Shown here: piece after piece, positions 1 to 7,423 of the stretch
How the letters are laid out: each line of letters starts with the position of its first letter
How positions within the stretch are numbered: the stretch's first letter is position 1
Virus record (IMG/VR): IMGVR_UViG_3300036860_000231
Location: 1-50,870 of that record
Origin: a virus
Taxonomy: Duplodnaviria > Caudoviricetes
Length of the DNA: 50,870 nucleotides
Reading direction: 5' to 3' (one strand)
The notes under the pieces: generated by a model
Database searches by the model: none
Told to the model about the DNA's origin: nothing
Seen by the model: the letters and a program-made list of their open reading frames with translations, nothing else
Translations under genes and position numbers: made by a program

Positions 1-238
1 GTTGGCCGCTCGTAATGCACGGGGCCAAGGCCAAACGGTGCTGGATCCCTGGCGACTTGGCCGCCGCCGGCGCAGCGGACGTTGGCGCTCATCGGCGGGC
101 CTTGCGGTAGGTAGTGACCCACCGGCGGCGGCGTGCGCGCCGGATGGCGAGCCGGACCGCCACGGCCGGGGTGGCAAGGATCGTCAGGAGCAGGACGGCG
201 GCGGCCACCCTCATGGCCCTCTCCCCCCACCCGGGTCG
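1..238. repeat. Terminal direct repeat, copy 1 (assembly overlap of a circular genome)
   Basis: 1-238 matches 50633-50870 except 8 substitutions at 128,134,140,145,151,158,164,166. Confidence 0.95.
89..214 (-). CDS. 41-aa single-TM basic peptide (MRVAAAVLLLTILATPAVAVRLAIRRARRRRWVTTYRKARR)
   Basis: ATGA overlaps at both ends; 4 of 8 differences between the two repeat copies are synonymous third-position changes in this frame; below the ORF-track cutoff. Confidence 0.75.
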   Translation of the reverse strand: MRVAAAVLLLTILATPAVAVRLAIRRARRRRWVTTYRKARR

Positions 239-630
239 TCCTGGCCTTGGTCCCGGATCCGCTTCTCTACATCGCGGGCGGCGTCCCGGCGTTCCTGGGC
301 TTCCTCCCGCAGGTTGCGGTCCCGTTCTTCCTGGTCGCGCAGATAGTTGGCGTTCTGCCGTTCGTAGTCCTCACGGGCGCGGCGCCAGTCGCTGTCGGAC
401 CAGGCGTGCCGCTCGGTCTGCCCACCCTTACCGGGCCGGCCGTGGCGGCCGTGGCCGCCCTGGCGGGGCGCGGCCCGGGTGGGCTCCTCGACGGTGTCCT
501 CGACCTTCTTGCCCCATGACCAGCGGCCGGGGTCCTTGTCGAGGCTGCGGTCGGTCTCGGCGTCCAACGCCCGTTTTGACTCGTCGGGGTCGCCGCTCTT
601 CCACGCGTCCCACCAGGACCACGAGCCCAT
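211..630 (-). CDS. Hypothetical charged/coiled-coil protein
   Basis: ATG at 630 overlaps upstream stop (TGATG); stop coupled to next start. Confidence 0.6.
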   Translation of the reverse strand: MGSWSWWDAWKSGDPDESKRALDAETDRSLDKDPGRWSWGKKVEDTVEEPTRAAPRQGGHGRHGRPGKGGQTERHAWSDSDWRRAREDYERQNANYLRDQEERDRNLREEAQERRDAARDVEKRIRDQGQDDPGGGRGP

Positions 631-878
631 CAGGCCCACCGGCCTTTGGTTGGCAGGTCCGAATGGGGCAGGTCCGCGGTGGTGAGCCGGGGCCACCGCT
701 CGCCATCGTCCAGCGCCCGGCCGGCCCGCCAGTTCGACGACCGCATGAGCGACGCCTCAGCCTCGTTGACGAGCGCGGCACGGTACTGGTCGCCGGTGCG
801 GCGGTCCTGGCCGGGTTTCGGCTTGCGGATGCGGACACCGCTCGCGCGGGTCTCCAAGCTCGGCCGCGGCGCGGTCAT
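630..878 (-). CDS. Hypothetical protein
   Basis: ATGA coupling with upstream ORF; stop overlaps next start. Confidence 0.5.
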   Translation of the reverse strand: MTAPRPSLETRASGVRIRKPKPGQDRRTGDQYRAALVNEAEASLMRSSNWRAGRALDDGERWPRLTTADLPHSDLPTKGRWA

Positions 879-2299
879 AGCACACCCCCGACGACCTGCA
901 CGTTGGTGATCCGCTTGCGGGTCCACAGGTCGGTGTCGACCAGGATCAGCCAGAACCGGGACGGCTGGGGGTCCGGGTCAGGCGACGAGCTTGGCGGCCT
1001 TGTGGCGGGAAGTTTCGGCGTGCTGGGACACGTCGGCGAACACGCCGCCGCAGACGAGGCAGTCACTGAGCTGGATGTCGTAGTCGCCGTATTCGAAGGT
1101 GTCGCCGGTTTTCTTGTCGACCCCGGCGTGGGCGGGGACGTGGACGGTTGCCATGTGCGGTTCCTCTCTACGGGCTCGGATAGGGGGCCCGGGGGGGCCG
1201 CGGGACCGGGACCGTCGGGAGCTGTCGCCGCCATGCAGCTCGAACCAACGGTGACGCGCAGGTGCGCGTCGGGGGACGCGGCCGCCCTGGGGGTCATGGT
1301 CATGTGGTCGTTAGGGTTCGGCACCCAGGGGTCGGGCTCGCCCGGGACGGGCGGCTCACCGGGCGGCGACCAGGGATCGTCCGGCTGGTCGCCGTTCGGG
1401 CCGACGTGGGAGACCGGGGCGGGCTCGCATCCCCGACCGGGAGCGTGGGATGCAAGCACGCTGCGACCGGCGGGTGGCTGTCCCCAGCTGGAGCCCGCCC
1501 CGGGGATCACGCGGACCTCCTCGGCGGCAGCAGTAAGCTGATTGACGGTGCGGGGCGAGAACTCACGGGTCGCGAGATGGCGCTCGGCTACCTCAGCAAG
1601 CGGGAGGAAGAACGCCCACCGTTCCGGGATCGTGAACTCCCGGATCTTGGCAACTTTCGCCTTGGTGTCGGCAACGCTCCAGCTTTCCTTGACGAGATGC
1701 GCAGCCAGTGGCAGCCATGTCTCGCGCGGAGCGCCATGAACCTCGGCTAGGTGGGTGGACCGACCGAACAGTGAGCCGTCCGGAAAATCATGAGTTGATT
1801 CATGGTTTTCGTCTGCTGCAATATCTCTCAGCACAGTCCAAGTCTCGGCAGCCTGCCGGAGCTTACTGAGGCCACCTTGGTTCCGTCCAATGCTTCGCGC
1901 GTATTCGCTGAGTCCGCCATTCAGCCCGCGGCCATGGTCACCGAGAGCGACCCAGCGGAAGACATGGAGACCGATTTCCAGCGGGTCGAGTTCGGATTGC
2001 TCATTGGAGGTAACGAGGGCGAGATAGGCGGCCTCATCGTCCAACTCCCGAACCCAGCATGGCACCTCGGTAACGCCGGCTCGCCAGGCGGCCTCTGCGC
2101 GGTGGTGGCCAGCGATGATCTGATAGGGCCGATCACCTTCGACGGGCCGGACAAGCAGGGCATGCTCGGGGGGGAAGAGGCCTGCGTCACGGATGCGGGC
2201 GGCGATCCGGTCGATGACATCCTCGCGTCGCGTTATCCGGGGGTTGTCCGGATGCGGCGCGAGATCGCCCACGGGGAGCAGAACCGGCGCGTCGCTCAC
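875..2299 (-). CDS. ParB/Srx-domain protein with HTH; C-terminal ~200 aa probably read-through
   Basis: PHPDNPR, IIAGHHRAEAA, VPCWVRELDD ParB motifs; GTG overlaps cro stop. Confidence 0.75.
   Translation of the reverse strand: MSDAPVLLPVGDLAPHPDNPRITRREDVIDRIAARIRDAGLFPPEHALLVRPVEGDRPYQIIAGHHRAEAAWRAGVTEVPCWVRELDDEAAYLALVTSNEQSELDPLEIGLHVFRWVALGDHGRGLNGGLSEYARSIGRNQGGLSKLRQAAETWTVLRDIAADENHESTHDFPDGSLFGRSTHLAEVHGAPRETWLPLAAHLVKESWSVADTKAKVAKIREFTIPERWAFFLPLAEVAERHLATREFSPRTVNQLTAAAEEVRVIPGAGSSWGQPPAGRSVLASHAPGRGCEPAPVSHVGPNGDQPDDPWSPPGEPPVPGEPDPWVPNPNDHMTMTPRAAASPDAHLRVTVGSSCMAATAPDGPGPAAPPGPLSEPVERNRTWQPSTSPPTPGSTRKPATPSNTATTTSSSVTASSAAACSPTCPSTPKLPATRPPSSSPDPDPQPSRFWLILVDTDLWTRKRITNVQVVGGVL
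978..1154 (-). CDS. 58-aa C2H2-like zinc-finger protein (MATVHVPAHAG...CLVC...QHAETSRHKAAKLVA)
   Basis: RBS AGAGGA, GC3-rich codons, CxxC-x9-H-x5-H; nested in another frame of the ParB ORF tail. Confidence 0.7.
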   Translation of the reverse strand: MATVHVPAHAGVDKKTGDTFEYGDYDIQLSDCLVCGGVFADVSQHAETSRHKAAKLVA

Positions 2300-2520
2300 G
2301 AGGCCACCGGCTCCCCGTCCGGCTCCGGCTCGGTGAGGAGGTCGATGAGCGGCACGCCAAGGACGCGCGCCCAGTTCTTGAGGTCTTCGACGCCGGGGGT
2401 GACATGGCCGTTCTCCCAGCGGTTGAAGGTCCGCTCGGTGACGCCCAGCTCCTCCGCCATCTGCCGCTGGCTCTTGCGCAGCCAGCCGCGTTTGCGGGCA
2501 GCGAGGTCGAGGTTCAGCAC
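2296..2520 (-). CDS. Cro-like XRE HTH regulator
   Basis: SQRQMAEELGVTERTFNRWENG HTH_3 motif; divergent from repressor. Confidence 0.85.
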   Translation of the reverse strand: MLNLDLAARKRGWLRKSQRQMAEELGVTERTFNRWENGHVTPGVEDLKNWARVLGVPLIDLLTEPEPDGEPVAS

Positions 2521-2558
2521 TGCGACTCCTTGTCATGCGGTAGGTCGAAGGTGCGGCC

Positions 2559-2588
2559 ACCTTGACACGTCAGATGATATGAGTCAAG
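2559..2588 (-). promoter_or_regulatory. Putative leftward promoter TTGACT-17-CAAGGT within a CTTGAC...GTCAAG inverted repeat (operator)
   Basis: Spacing counted directly; inverted repeat 2561-2566/2583-2588. Confidence 0.45.
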
Positions 2589-2624
2589 ACATGGACCCCT
2601 AGCATGTGAGCGTGATACTGTCCG

Positions 2625-2653
2625 TTGACACGACAGACGGTGTCGTCTAGGGT
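2625..2653 (+). promoter_or_regulatory. Sigma70/HrdB-type promoter TTGACA-17-TAGGGT for the repressor-integrase operon
   Basis: Consensus -35, 17-bp spacer containing CGACA/TGTCG dyad, TANNNT -10. Confidence 0.7.
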
Positions 2654-2698
2654 CTTGTCGCCTAGCACTACGGAACGGGTACTAGAAGGGGGTACGAC

Positions 2699-3151
2699 AT
2701 GGACCTCGAGCGGCTGGCCCAGATGGTCGCCAAGGCCCAAGACGACAAAGGCATCAGCGACTACGCCCTAGAACACGAGATCGGACGGCCCGGCGGCAAG
2801 GCGTTCAACGCCAAGCAGCTCAAACGCTGGAAGGACGGCGAACGCATCCAAGCCATCCCGCGGCCGGTTGTCCTCCGCATCATCGAGATCCTCGACCTAC
2901 CGGCTGATGAGACTGCCGAGCTGGCGGGCGTGTGGCCACCGCGGCGCACTGCCGCGATGCTCCGCGAACTGGACCGGTCCACTAGCGAACTTACCGCTCG
3001 GTACGTCGGACAAACCGCCTTACCAGTGCCCGCCGAACTCCAGGACGCGGCCCTGCTGCGCCGGCTCGGCGTGCCCAACCTCGAGCGGCGCCGCGCCGAG
3101 CGCCGCCGGCGGCCGCGGCTGGTTCCCCAGATGGAGCAGGTGGCCGCATGA
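2699..3151 (+). CDS. Putative immunity repressor (divergent HTH) with C-terminal -VAA tag
   Basis: Divergent from cro, heads the operon ending in integrase; helical HTH-like N-terminus. Confidence 0.65.
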   Translation: MDLERLAQMVAKAQDDKGISDYALEHEIGRPGGKAFNAKQLKRWKDGERIQAIPRPVVLRIIEILDLPADETAELAGVWPPRRTAAMLRELDRSTSELTARYVGQTALPVPAELQDAALLRRLGVPNLERRRAERRRRPRLVPQMEQVAA

Positions 3152-3428
3152 ACGCTAGTCACTGGTGGACGACGACGGCATTGTGGCTGCTGCTTCTGCT
3201 GGGTCTGTGCTTCTGGCTGCTCGCCGCGTTCATCCTGCCAGTCATCCTGCACGTCGTCATGCTTGGTGGCGGCAAGACGGTTTGGCTGGAGCTATGCATC
3301 ACCGTCGCCTTCGGGACGTGGGGATGCGCCGCCTTCTGGGTCGCCATCCGCCGCCTAATTCGCAGACATGGTGGTGCCCAATGACTCGGCTGCGGCTGGT
3401 CCCCCAGGTCGAGCGGGTGGCAGCATGA
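3110..3428 (+). repeat. 42-bp direct repeats (3110-3151, 3387-3428; 36/42 identical) flanking a membrane-protein gene
   Basis: Encode RPRLVPQMEQVAA* and RLRLVPQVERVAA*. Confidence 0.85.
3148..3384 (+). CDS. Small 2-TM membrane protein (possible superinfection exclusion)
   Basis: Two hydrophobic stretches; ATGA coupling to repressor. Confidence 0.7.
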   Translation: MNASHWWTTTALWLLLLLGLCFWLLAAFILPVILHVVMLGGGKTVWLELCITVAFGTWGCAAFWVAIRRLIRRHGGAQ

Positions 3429-3628
3429 GCCGGACGCTGCGGCTGCCCTGCGCCGGATGCGGCAAGGAATACGACCGCGCCGACATGCTCGAGGCCTACA
3501 TCCCTGAGCAGGTCGTCACCATGACCGGAATCAAGGAGCCATTCAGTTTCGTGCCGATGCGGCTGGACTGGGTTGGTCCCTGTTGTGCCGAGTTGGCCAA
3601 CCAGTGGCAGCCGGGTGATGCCTGGTGA
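3425..3628 (+). CDS. Small Cys-containing hypothetical protein
   Basis: CAGC...CC; coupled on both sides. Confidence 0.6.
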   Translation: MSRTLRLPCAGCGKEYDRADMLEAYIPEQVVTMTGIKEPFSFVPMRLDWVGPCCAELANQWQPGDAW

Positions 3629-4623
3629 GTATCGCCCTACCTACAGCAACGACCGCACCGATATCCGCTGTTTGCGACTTGGAGCGGTCTGTCCCCTTGG
3701 GCCAGGATGCGACGCCCGGCGCCCTGGCACCAGCCGGTCAGTTTCGCACCAAGGGGGGACCTTTGCCATCCACCGCCGCATGGGAACGGTATGTGCTGCT
3801 GCTACGACGCCGTCGCCGCAGCCAGGAAACCATCGACCTGTACCGGGTCGTCCTCAGAGAACTGTGGGCGTTCCTGGCCGACCAGCACCATGACTGGCGG
3901 CAGGTGACCCCGGAACTGGTGGACGCCTGGCTGGACAGCCAAGTCCGGGCGGCGTGGACCCGCAACACCTACGGCCGCGTCGTCCGCCGCTTCTACGCCT
4001 GCGCCGTCAGTCGCGGCTGGCTGGACGGTCCCAACCCACTCGAGGACTGGACCCCACCCCCAGCGCCCCCACCGCGGCCCCGCGCGCTACCGCTGGACGC
4101 CATCGGCGAACTGCTGGCGGTCGTGGACCCGAGGATCCGCATGATGGTCCTCCTGGGCTACTTCCAGGCGCTGCGGGTCGGGGAGATCGTGCGCCTGTCC
4201 GTCGAGGACCTCGCGCTTGGCGCGGACCCGCCGATGATCCGGATCGACGGCAAGGGCGGCAAACAGGTGTGGATGCCGCTGTCCCCGGCGCTGGTCGGCC
4301 CGCTGCGAACCTTCCTGCTGCTCCGCCCGGCACGGGGCCCGCTCATCCCCAACCACCGCGACCCCGACCGGCACCTGCATCCCAAGTATGCGGCCCATCT
4401 GCTGGCCAGCGTGATGCGGCCCGTGGTCGGCGACAGTGGGCATGCGTTGCGGCACACCGCCGCCCGGCAGCTCCGCCGTCAGACCCACGACCCGTTCCTG
4501 GTCCGCGACGCGCTCCGCCATGCGGGCCTGGGATCGTTGGAGTTCTACACGCAGGACCCGGAGACGCTGGCGGCCGCGCTCGGCCTGCTCCCCGACCCGC
4601 TGGGCGACGGTGCCAGCCGGTGA
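3625..4623 (+). CDS. int: Tyrosine recombinase/integrase (XerC/D-like); start may be TTG 3763
   Basis: Catalytic R (LRVGE), K (GKGGK), HxxR (HALRH), H (LRH), Y (EFYT); SAM-like N-terminal domain. Confidence 0.93.
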   Translation: MSIALPTATTAPISAVCDLERSVPLGQDATPGALAPAGQFRTKGGPLPSTAAWERYVLLLRRRRRSQETIDLYRVVLRELWAFLADQHHDWRQVTPELVDAWLDSQVRAAWTRNTYGRVVRRFYACAVSRGWLDGPNPLEDWTPPPAPPPRPRALPLDAIGELLAVVDPRIRMMVLLGYFQALRVGEIVRLSVEDLALGADPPMIRIDGKGGKQVWMPLSPALVGPLRTFLLLRPARGPLIPNHRDPDRHLHPKYAAHLLASVMRPVVGDSGHALRHTAARQLRRQTHDPFLVRDALRHAGLGSLEFYTQDPETLAAALGLLPDPLGDGASR

Positions 4624-4626
4624 GGG

Positions 4627-4812
4627 CTACCACTCAGGATCAAGTCCGGCGGCCTGAAGATGTTTGACCTCGGCCCAGACCTGCTCGAGGTGGTCGGTGA
4701 GCAAGTGGACGTCCATGTCGACGAAGTACCGCTCCGACGATTTCGCGGCGGCCAGGATCTCATCCAGGGTCATTTGGGCCTTGAGCCCGATGGGTGGTGG
4801 CTGATCGTTCAT
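4627..4812 (-). CDS. Hypothetical protein
   Basis: RBS GAGGAG, typical codon usage. Confidence 0.65.
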   Translation of the reverse strand: MNDQPPPIGLKAQMTLDEILAAAKSSERYFVDMDVHLLTDHLEQVWAEVKHLQAAGLDPEW

Positions 4813-4828
4813 GGTCTACTCCTCAGCG

Positions 4829-5029
4829 TCAGGAGGTCGGCGGGTGAGGCTCCTCGACCCGGCGGTAGCGTTCCCAGGCGGACTGCACGGTTACTCCCAG
4901 CGCCCCGGCGATCCGTGTCCACGAATCGCCCTTGGCCCGCGCGATGGCTACGGCCTTGTCCAGGCTGGCTTGGGCCTGGTCGCGCTGCTGGCGGAACTCG
5001 CGGATGTCGTCTAGCTCGAATTCGGGCAT
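4829..5029 (-). CDS. Small HTH DNA-binding protein
   Basis: GDSWTRIAGALGVTVQSAWERY actinobacterial HTH motif; RBS AAGGAG. Confidence 0.8.
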   Translation of the reverse strand: MPEFELDDIREFRQQRDQAQASLDKAVAIARAKGDSWTRIAGALGVTVQSAWERYRRVEEPHPPTS

Positions 5030-5038
5030 CACACACTC

Positions 5039-5089
5039 CTTGCATCAGGGGTTCCTGACAGGGTATCCTGATGCAAGAGTTTCTGTCCA
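5039..5089 (-). promoter_or_regulatory. Promoter TGGACA-18-TACCCT overlapped by an 11-bp inverted repeat (CTTGCATCAGG-17-CCTGATGCAAG), likely an autoregulatory operator
   Basis: IR arms at 5039-5049 and 5067-5077 directly upstream of the HTH gene. Confidence 0.55.
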
Positions 5090-5172
5090 CCTAGCGCCGC
5101 GGCCGGCGCGTATCCCAGGAACAGGCCGCATCGTCCAGCCCCCGACCGCATCCGGAACGGCCGGGAGCAGCT

Positions 5173-5197
5173 GTCGAGATGATCTGATCATCTCGAC
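5173..5197. repeat. Perfect 12-1-12 palindrome GTCGAGATGATC-T-GATCATCTCGAC
   Basis: Seen directly in the divergent intergenic region. Confidence 0.85.
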
Positions 5198-5301
5198 TCG
5201 AGGTCTCTGTCCACCCACTAGAGTGCACGGCCTGCCTGCTCAAGGCAGCGGCCCGGCCGGGCCACACCCATAAGCCAATCGCCCGAACTTGGAAGGACCC
5301 C

Positions 5302-5532
5302 ATAGGAGCGGTCGGCAACATCCGCGCAGACTCATTCCCACGCCAGAGCGACCACCTCGGCCAGCGGGTCAAGGTGTGCTTCCAGTACGACACGTCGCGG
5401 ACCTGCAATGGGACCATCGTCCGCGACGATCTCGAAGATCCGTGGCAGATGATCATCCGGCTGGACGACGGCCGTCACGTGCTGGCCACGGAATGCCAGT
5501 ACCAGCTGCTACGTGCACGACCGGCCTACTGA
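5302..5532 (+). CDS. Phage hypothetical protein with ATA start codon (or start-dead pseudogene)
   Basis: RBS GGAAGGA then ATA GGA GCG...; 76 aa with FPRQ-GQRVKVCFQYDT-GTIVRDD-IIRLDDGRHVLATECQY, a pattern I recall from phage proteins. Confidence 0.7.
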   Translation: MGAVGNIRADSFPRQSDHLGQRVKVCFQYDTSRTCNGTIVRDDLEDPWQMIIRLDDGRHVLATECQYQLLRARPAY

Positions 5533-5573
5533 AGATTGGCGCCCCGGCCGGGGCAACACCCAAGGAGACTGTT

Positions 5574-5858
5574 ATGCGATGGAACGACCAAGAACTGACC
5601 ACCTATGGCCAGATCCTGGATGCGGTGACCGATATCCTCCACAACGGCACCCGTGAGCAGGCGCACGAGTTCATGGCCGCCTACCGCGCCGAGACACCGC
5701 ACGCCGCCACGAACATCGGCTACCTCGCCGGGTACTGCTCGACGGCGACCGCCACGAAGATCTTCGACTGGTTTGAGTGCGCCCATCCGATCTTCGGTAC
5801 GCATGTTCCGACCCCGGATGAGGCGTTCCATGCGGGGCAGCAGTTGGCGCAGTCATGA
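5574..5858 (+). CDS. Phage hypothetical protein
   Basis: RBS AAGGAG; NIGYLAGY...HPIFG motif. Confidence 0.75.
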   Translation: MRWNDQELTTYGQILDAVTDILHNGTREQAHEFMAAYRAETPHAATNIGYLAGYCSTATATKIFDWFECAHPIFGTHVPTPDEAFHAGQQLAQS

Positions 5859-5894
5859 GTGACCCCGGCTGGGGTCACAACCTCGGAGGAACCC

Positions 5895-6233
5895 ATGACC
5901 GACCAGCCCGATCCTGAGCGTTCACTCTTCGGGATAAAGATCCACCAGCCCAGTGATGTGCTGAGGCCGGACGAGATCCTGCTTGTGTCGCCGGGGGAGG
6001 AACCAGGAAGCATCTCCGCCACACTGCTCAAGACCAGAGGATCGATGACAGCCATGAAGACGGTATGGGCCGTGCGGTACGGCAACTACGACCCCAGCGA
6101 GGTCATCGCCCTCTACGACAACGAGCAGGCCGCCAAGGCGCACGCCGCCATGAGCGACGATCCGCTCGAGGTCGAGGAGATGGAGGTCCGCAGCAAGCCG
6201 CCGCAACTCTCCGGTGATCCGCTCTCGACCTGA
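5895..6233 (+). CDS. Hypothetical protein
   Basis: RBS GGAGGA; C-terminal VWAVRYG...VIALYDNEQAAKAH small domain. Confidence 0.6.
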   Translation: MTDQPDPERSLFGIKIHQPSDVLRPDEILLVSPGEEPGSISATLLKTRGSMTAMKTVWAVRYGNYDPSEVIALYDNEQAAKAHAAMSDDPLEVEEMEVRSKPPQLSGDPLST

Positions 6234-6244
6234 CCCCGGACGCG

Positions 6245-6296
6245 AAGAAGACCCCGACCGGGGCCTCTGCAGGCTGCTGCCGGTCGGGGTCTTCTT
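6245..6296. terminator. Bidirectional terminator hairpin (17-bp stem)
   Basis: AAGAAGACCCCGACCGG / CCGGTCGGGGTCTTCTT between convergent operons. Confidence 0.85.
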
Positions 6297-6307
6297 GTGT
6301 TGCTGGC

Positions 6308-6434
6308 GGGGAGCTGGGATTGTTCGGTGGCCGGTGCCCGCGCACAACGTCCTTCGCACTACTTGCATCCACCTTGGCCCGGCGCGTCAGCCTCTGGTGG
6401 GGCGATCCCTGGTCGGCCGACCTCCCAGCTCCCC
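6308..6434. ncRNA. Candidate structured non-coding RNA closed by a 12-bp stem
   Basis: GGGGAGCTGGGA (6308-6319) pairs with TCCCAGCTCCCC (6423-6434); no good ORF; possible minus-strand AGGACA-17-TAGAAT promoter at the holin end. Confidence 0.35.
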
Positions 6435-6466
6435 TTTTCTCTCTATGGGAATCTCTGTCCAGAATT

Positions 6467-6685
6467 CTACTTCAACGGCGTGACGATGTCCTTCTGCTCG
6501 GCCGGGGGCAGCTTCGCGGTCGGGGTCACGAGCTGTCGTGCGAACCCGCCAGCGATGAGCAGGACCACCCCGGCGATCTCGCTGGCCTGCTGCGGATCAA
6601 CCTTGATGGCGTATTTGGCGGCGACCCAGCTGATGATGGCCGCGAGCGCCGCGACCACAATTGGTTCACGTGCGATTGGATTCAT
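6467..6685 (-). CDS. Holin (2 TM)
   Basis: REPIVV...ARQLVTP pattern typical of actinophage holins. Confidence 0.75.
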   Translation of the reverse strand: MNPIAREPIVVAALAAIISWVAAKYAIKVDPQQASEIAGVVLLIAGGFARQLVTPTAKLPPAEQKDIVTPLK

Positions 6686-6927
6686 GATGGCCGGCCAGCG
6701 CCGACCGTGGCCGGCAGGTCCAGGGCCGCCCGGACGAAGCAGTCCTTAGCCTCCAGCAGCTTCCGCAGCCCGGTCGTCAGCTCCGGACCGTCCGGCAGCT
6801 CACGGACCATCGCCGCGGCTAGTTCGTAGTTGTCGGCGGAGATGGTCCGCATCGGCTCGGGCAGATGGTCGAAGGTGAAGTAGCGGACGATGTTGACGGT
6901 GGCCGGGTGGCGGCCCTCAAGGTCCAT
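6682..6927 (-). CDS. Helical-hairpin phage protein, Acb2/Tad1-hairpin-like candidate
   Basis: YFTFDHLP...LPDGPELTTGLRKLLEAKDCFVRAAL; RBS GGGGAGGA. Confidence 0.55.
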   Translation of the reverse strand: MDLEGRHPATVNIVRYFTFDHLPEPMRTISADNYELAAAMVRELPDGPELTTGLRKLLEAKDCFVRAALDLPATVGAGRPS

Positions 6928-7423
6928 TGGTGGTTCCTCCCCACTGTCGTAGGAATGCGATCTGGAGCCGCCGGGCCCCGGCGGCCGTGACGCCCGGCTT
7001 GCAGAGTGCCGCGTGCAGGCCTGTCTCCGCCCGGTCCTTGCCCTCGAACTGTCCCCGCGCCTGCGGCCACAGGTTCTCCACCTGGTTACCACCACCGCCG
7101 GACAGGGGCAGGAGATGGTCGATCTCGCCCGGGTTGTGTTGGAGGCCGTAGCGTGCGAGGACCTGGCGGCGCCGCGTCGCCCACTGCGCGCTTGACAACT
7201 CCCGGCGAATCCTGGTCGCCTGTCCACGCACGCAGATTACTGTCGGGTCGCTGGTGCGGATCATGCCGGGGGTGAGGCACGGACTCGGGCGGCCGCGGGC
7301 CAGATAGACCGCAGGCGGCGCGCAACTGGCCACCGCGGTCGTGGCCGGCGTGGCCGATCGGTCGCCTAGCTGGCAGCCCGCAAGGATCAGGACCGCGACC
7401 AGGAGCAGACCCCAGCGCCTCAT
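6917..7423 (-). CDS. Lipoprotein with HNH-type nuclease domain
   Basis: Signal peptide with lipobox LAGC; EIDHLLPLSGGG-N-NLWPQ-KD-E-LH-C. Confidence 0.75.
   Translation of the reverse strand: MRRWGLLLVAVLILAGCQLGDRSATPATTAVASCAPPAVYLARGRPSPCLTPGMIRTSDPTVICVRGQATRIRRELSSAQWATRRRQVLARYGLQHNPGEIDHLLPLSGGGGNQVENLWPQARGQFEGKDRAETGLHAALCKPGVTAAGARRLQIAFLRQWGGTTNGP

Noticed and set aside
1-238. DGR template/variable repeat pair
   Set aside because: Mismatches are mostly C/G swaps, not adenine-specific, and no reverse transcriptase is present
1424-1458. CTTGCATC motif shared with 5039/5070 and 6362 as a global operator
   Set aside because: Short, contexts differ, and here better explained as an RNA hairpin with a G-U pair
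114-1541. Long plus-strand ORF (also 8547-10097, 12399-13604, 27420-28727, 37275-38885)
   Set aside because: Antisense shadows of real minus-strand genes in high-GC DNA; no motifs
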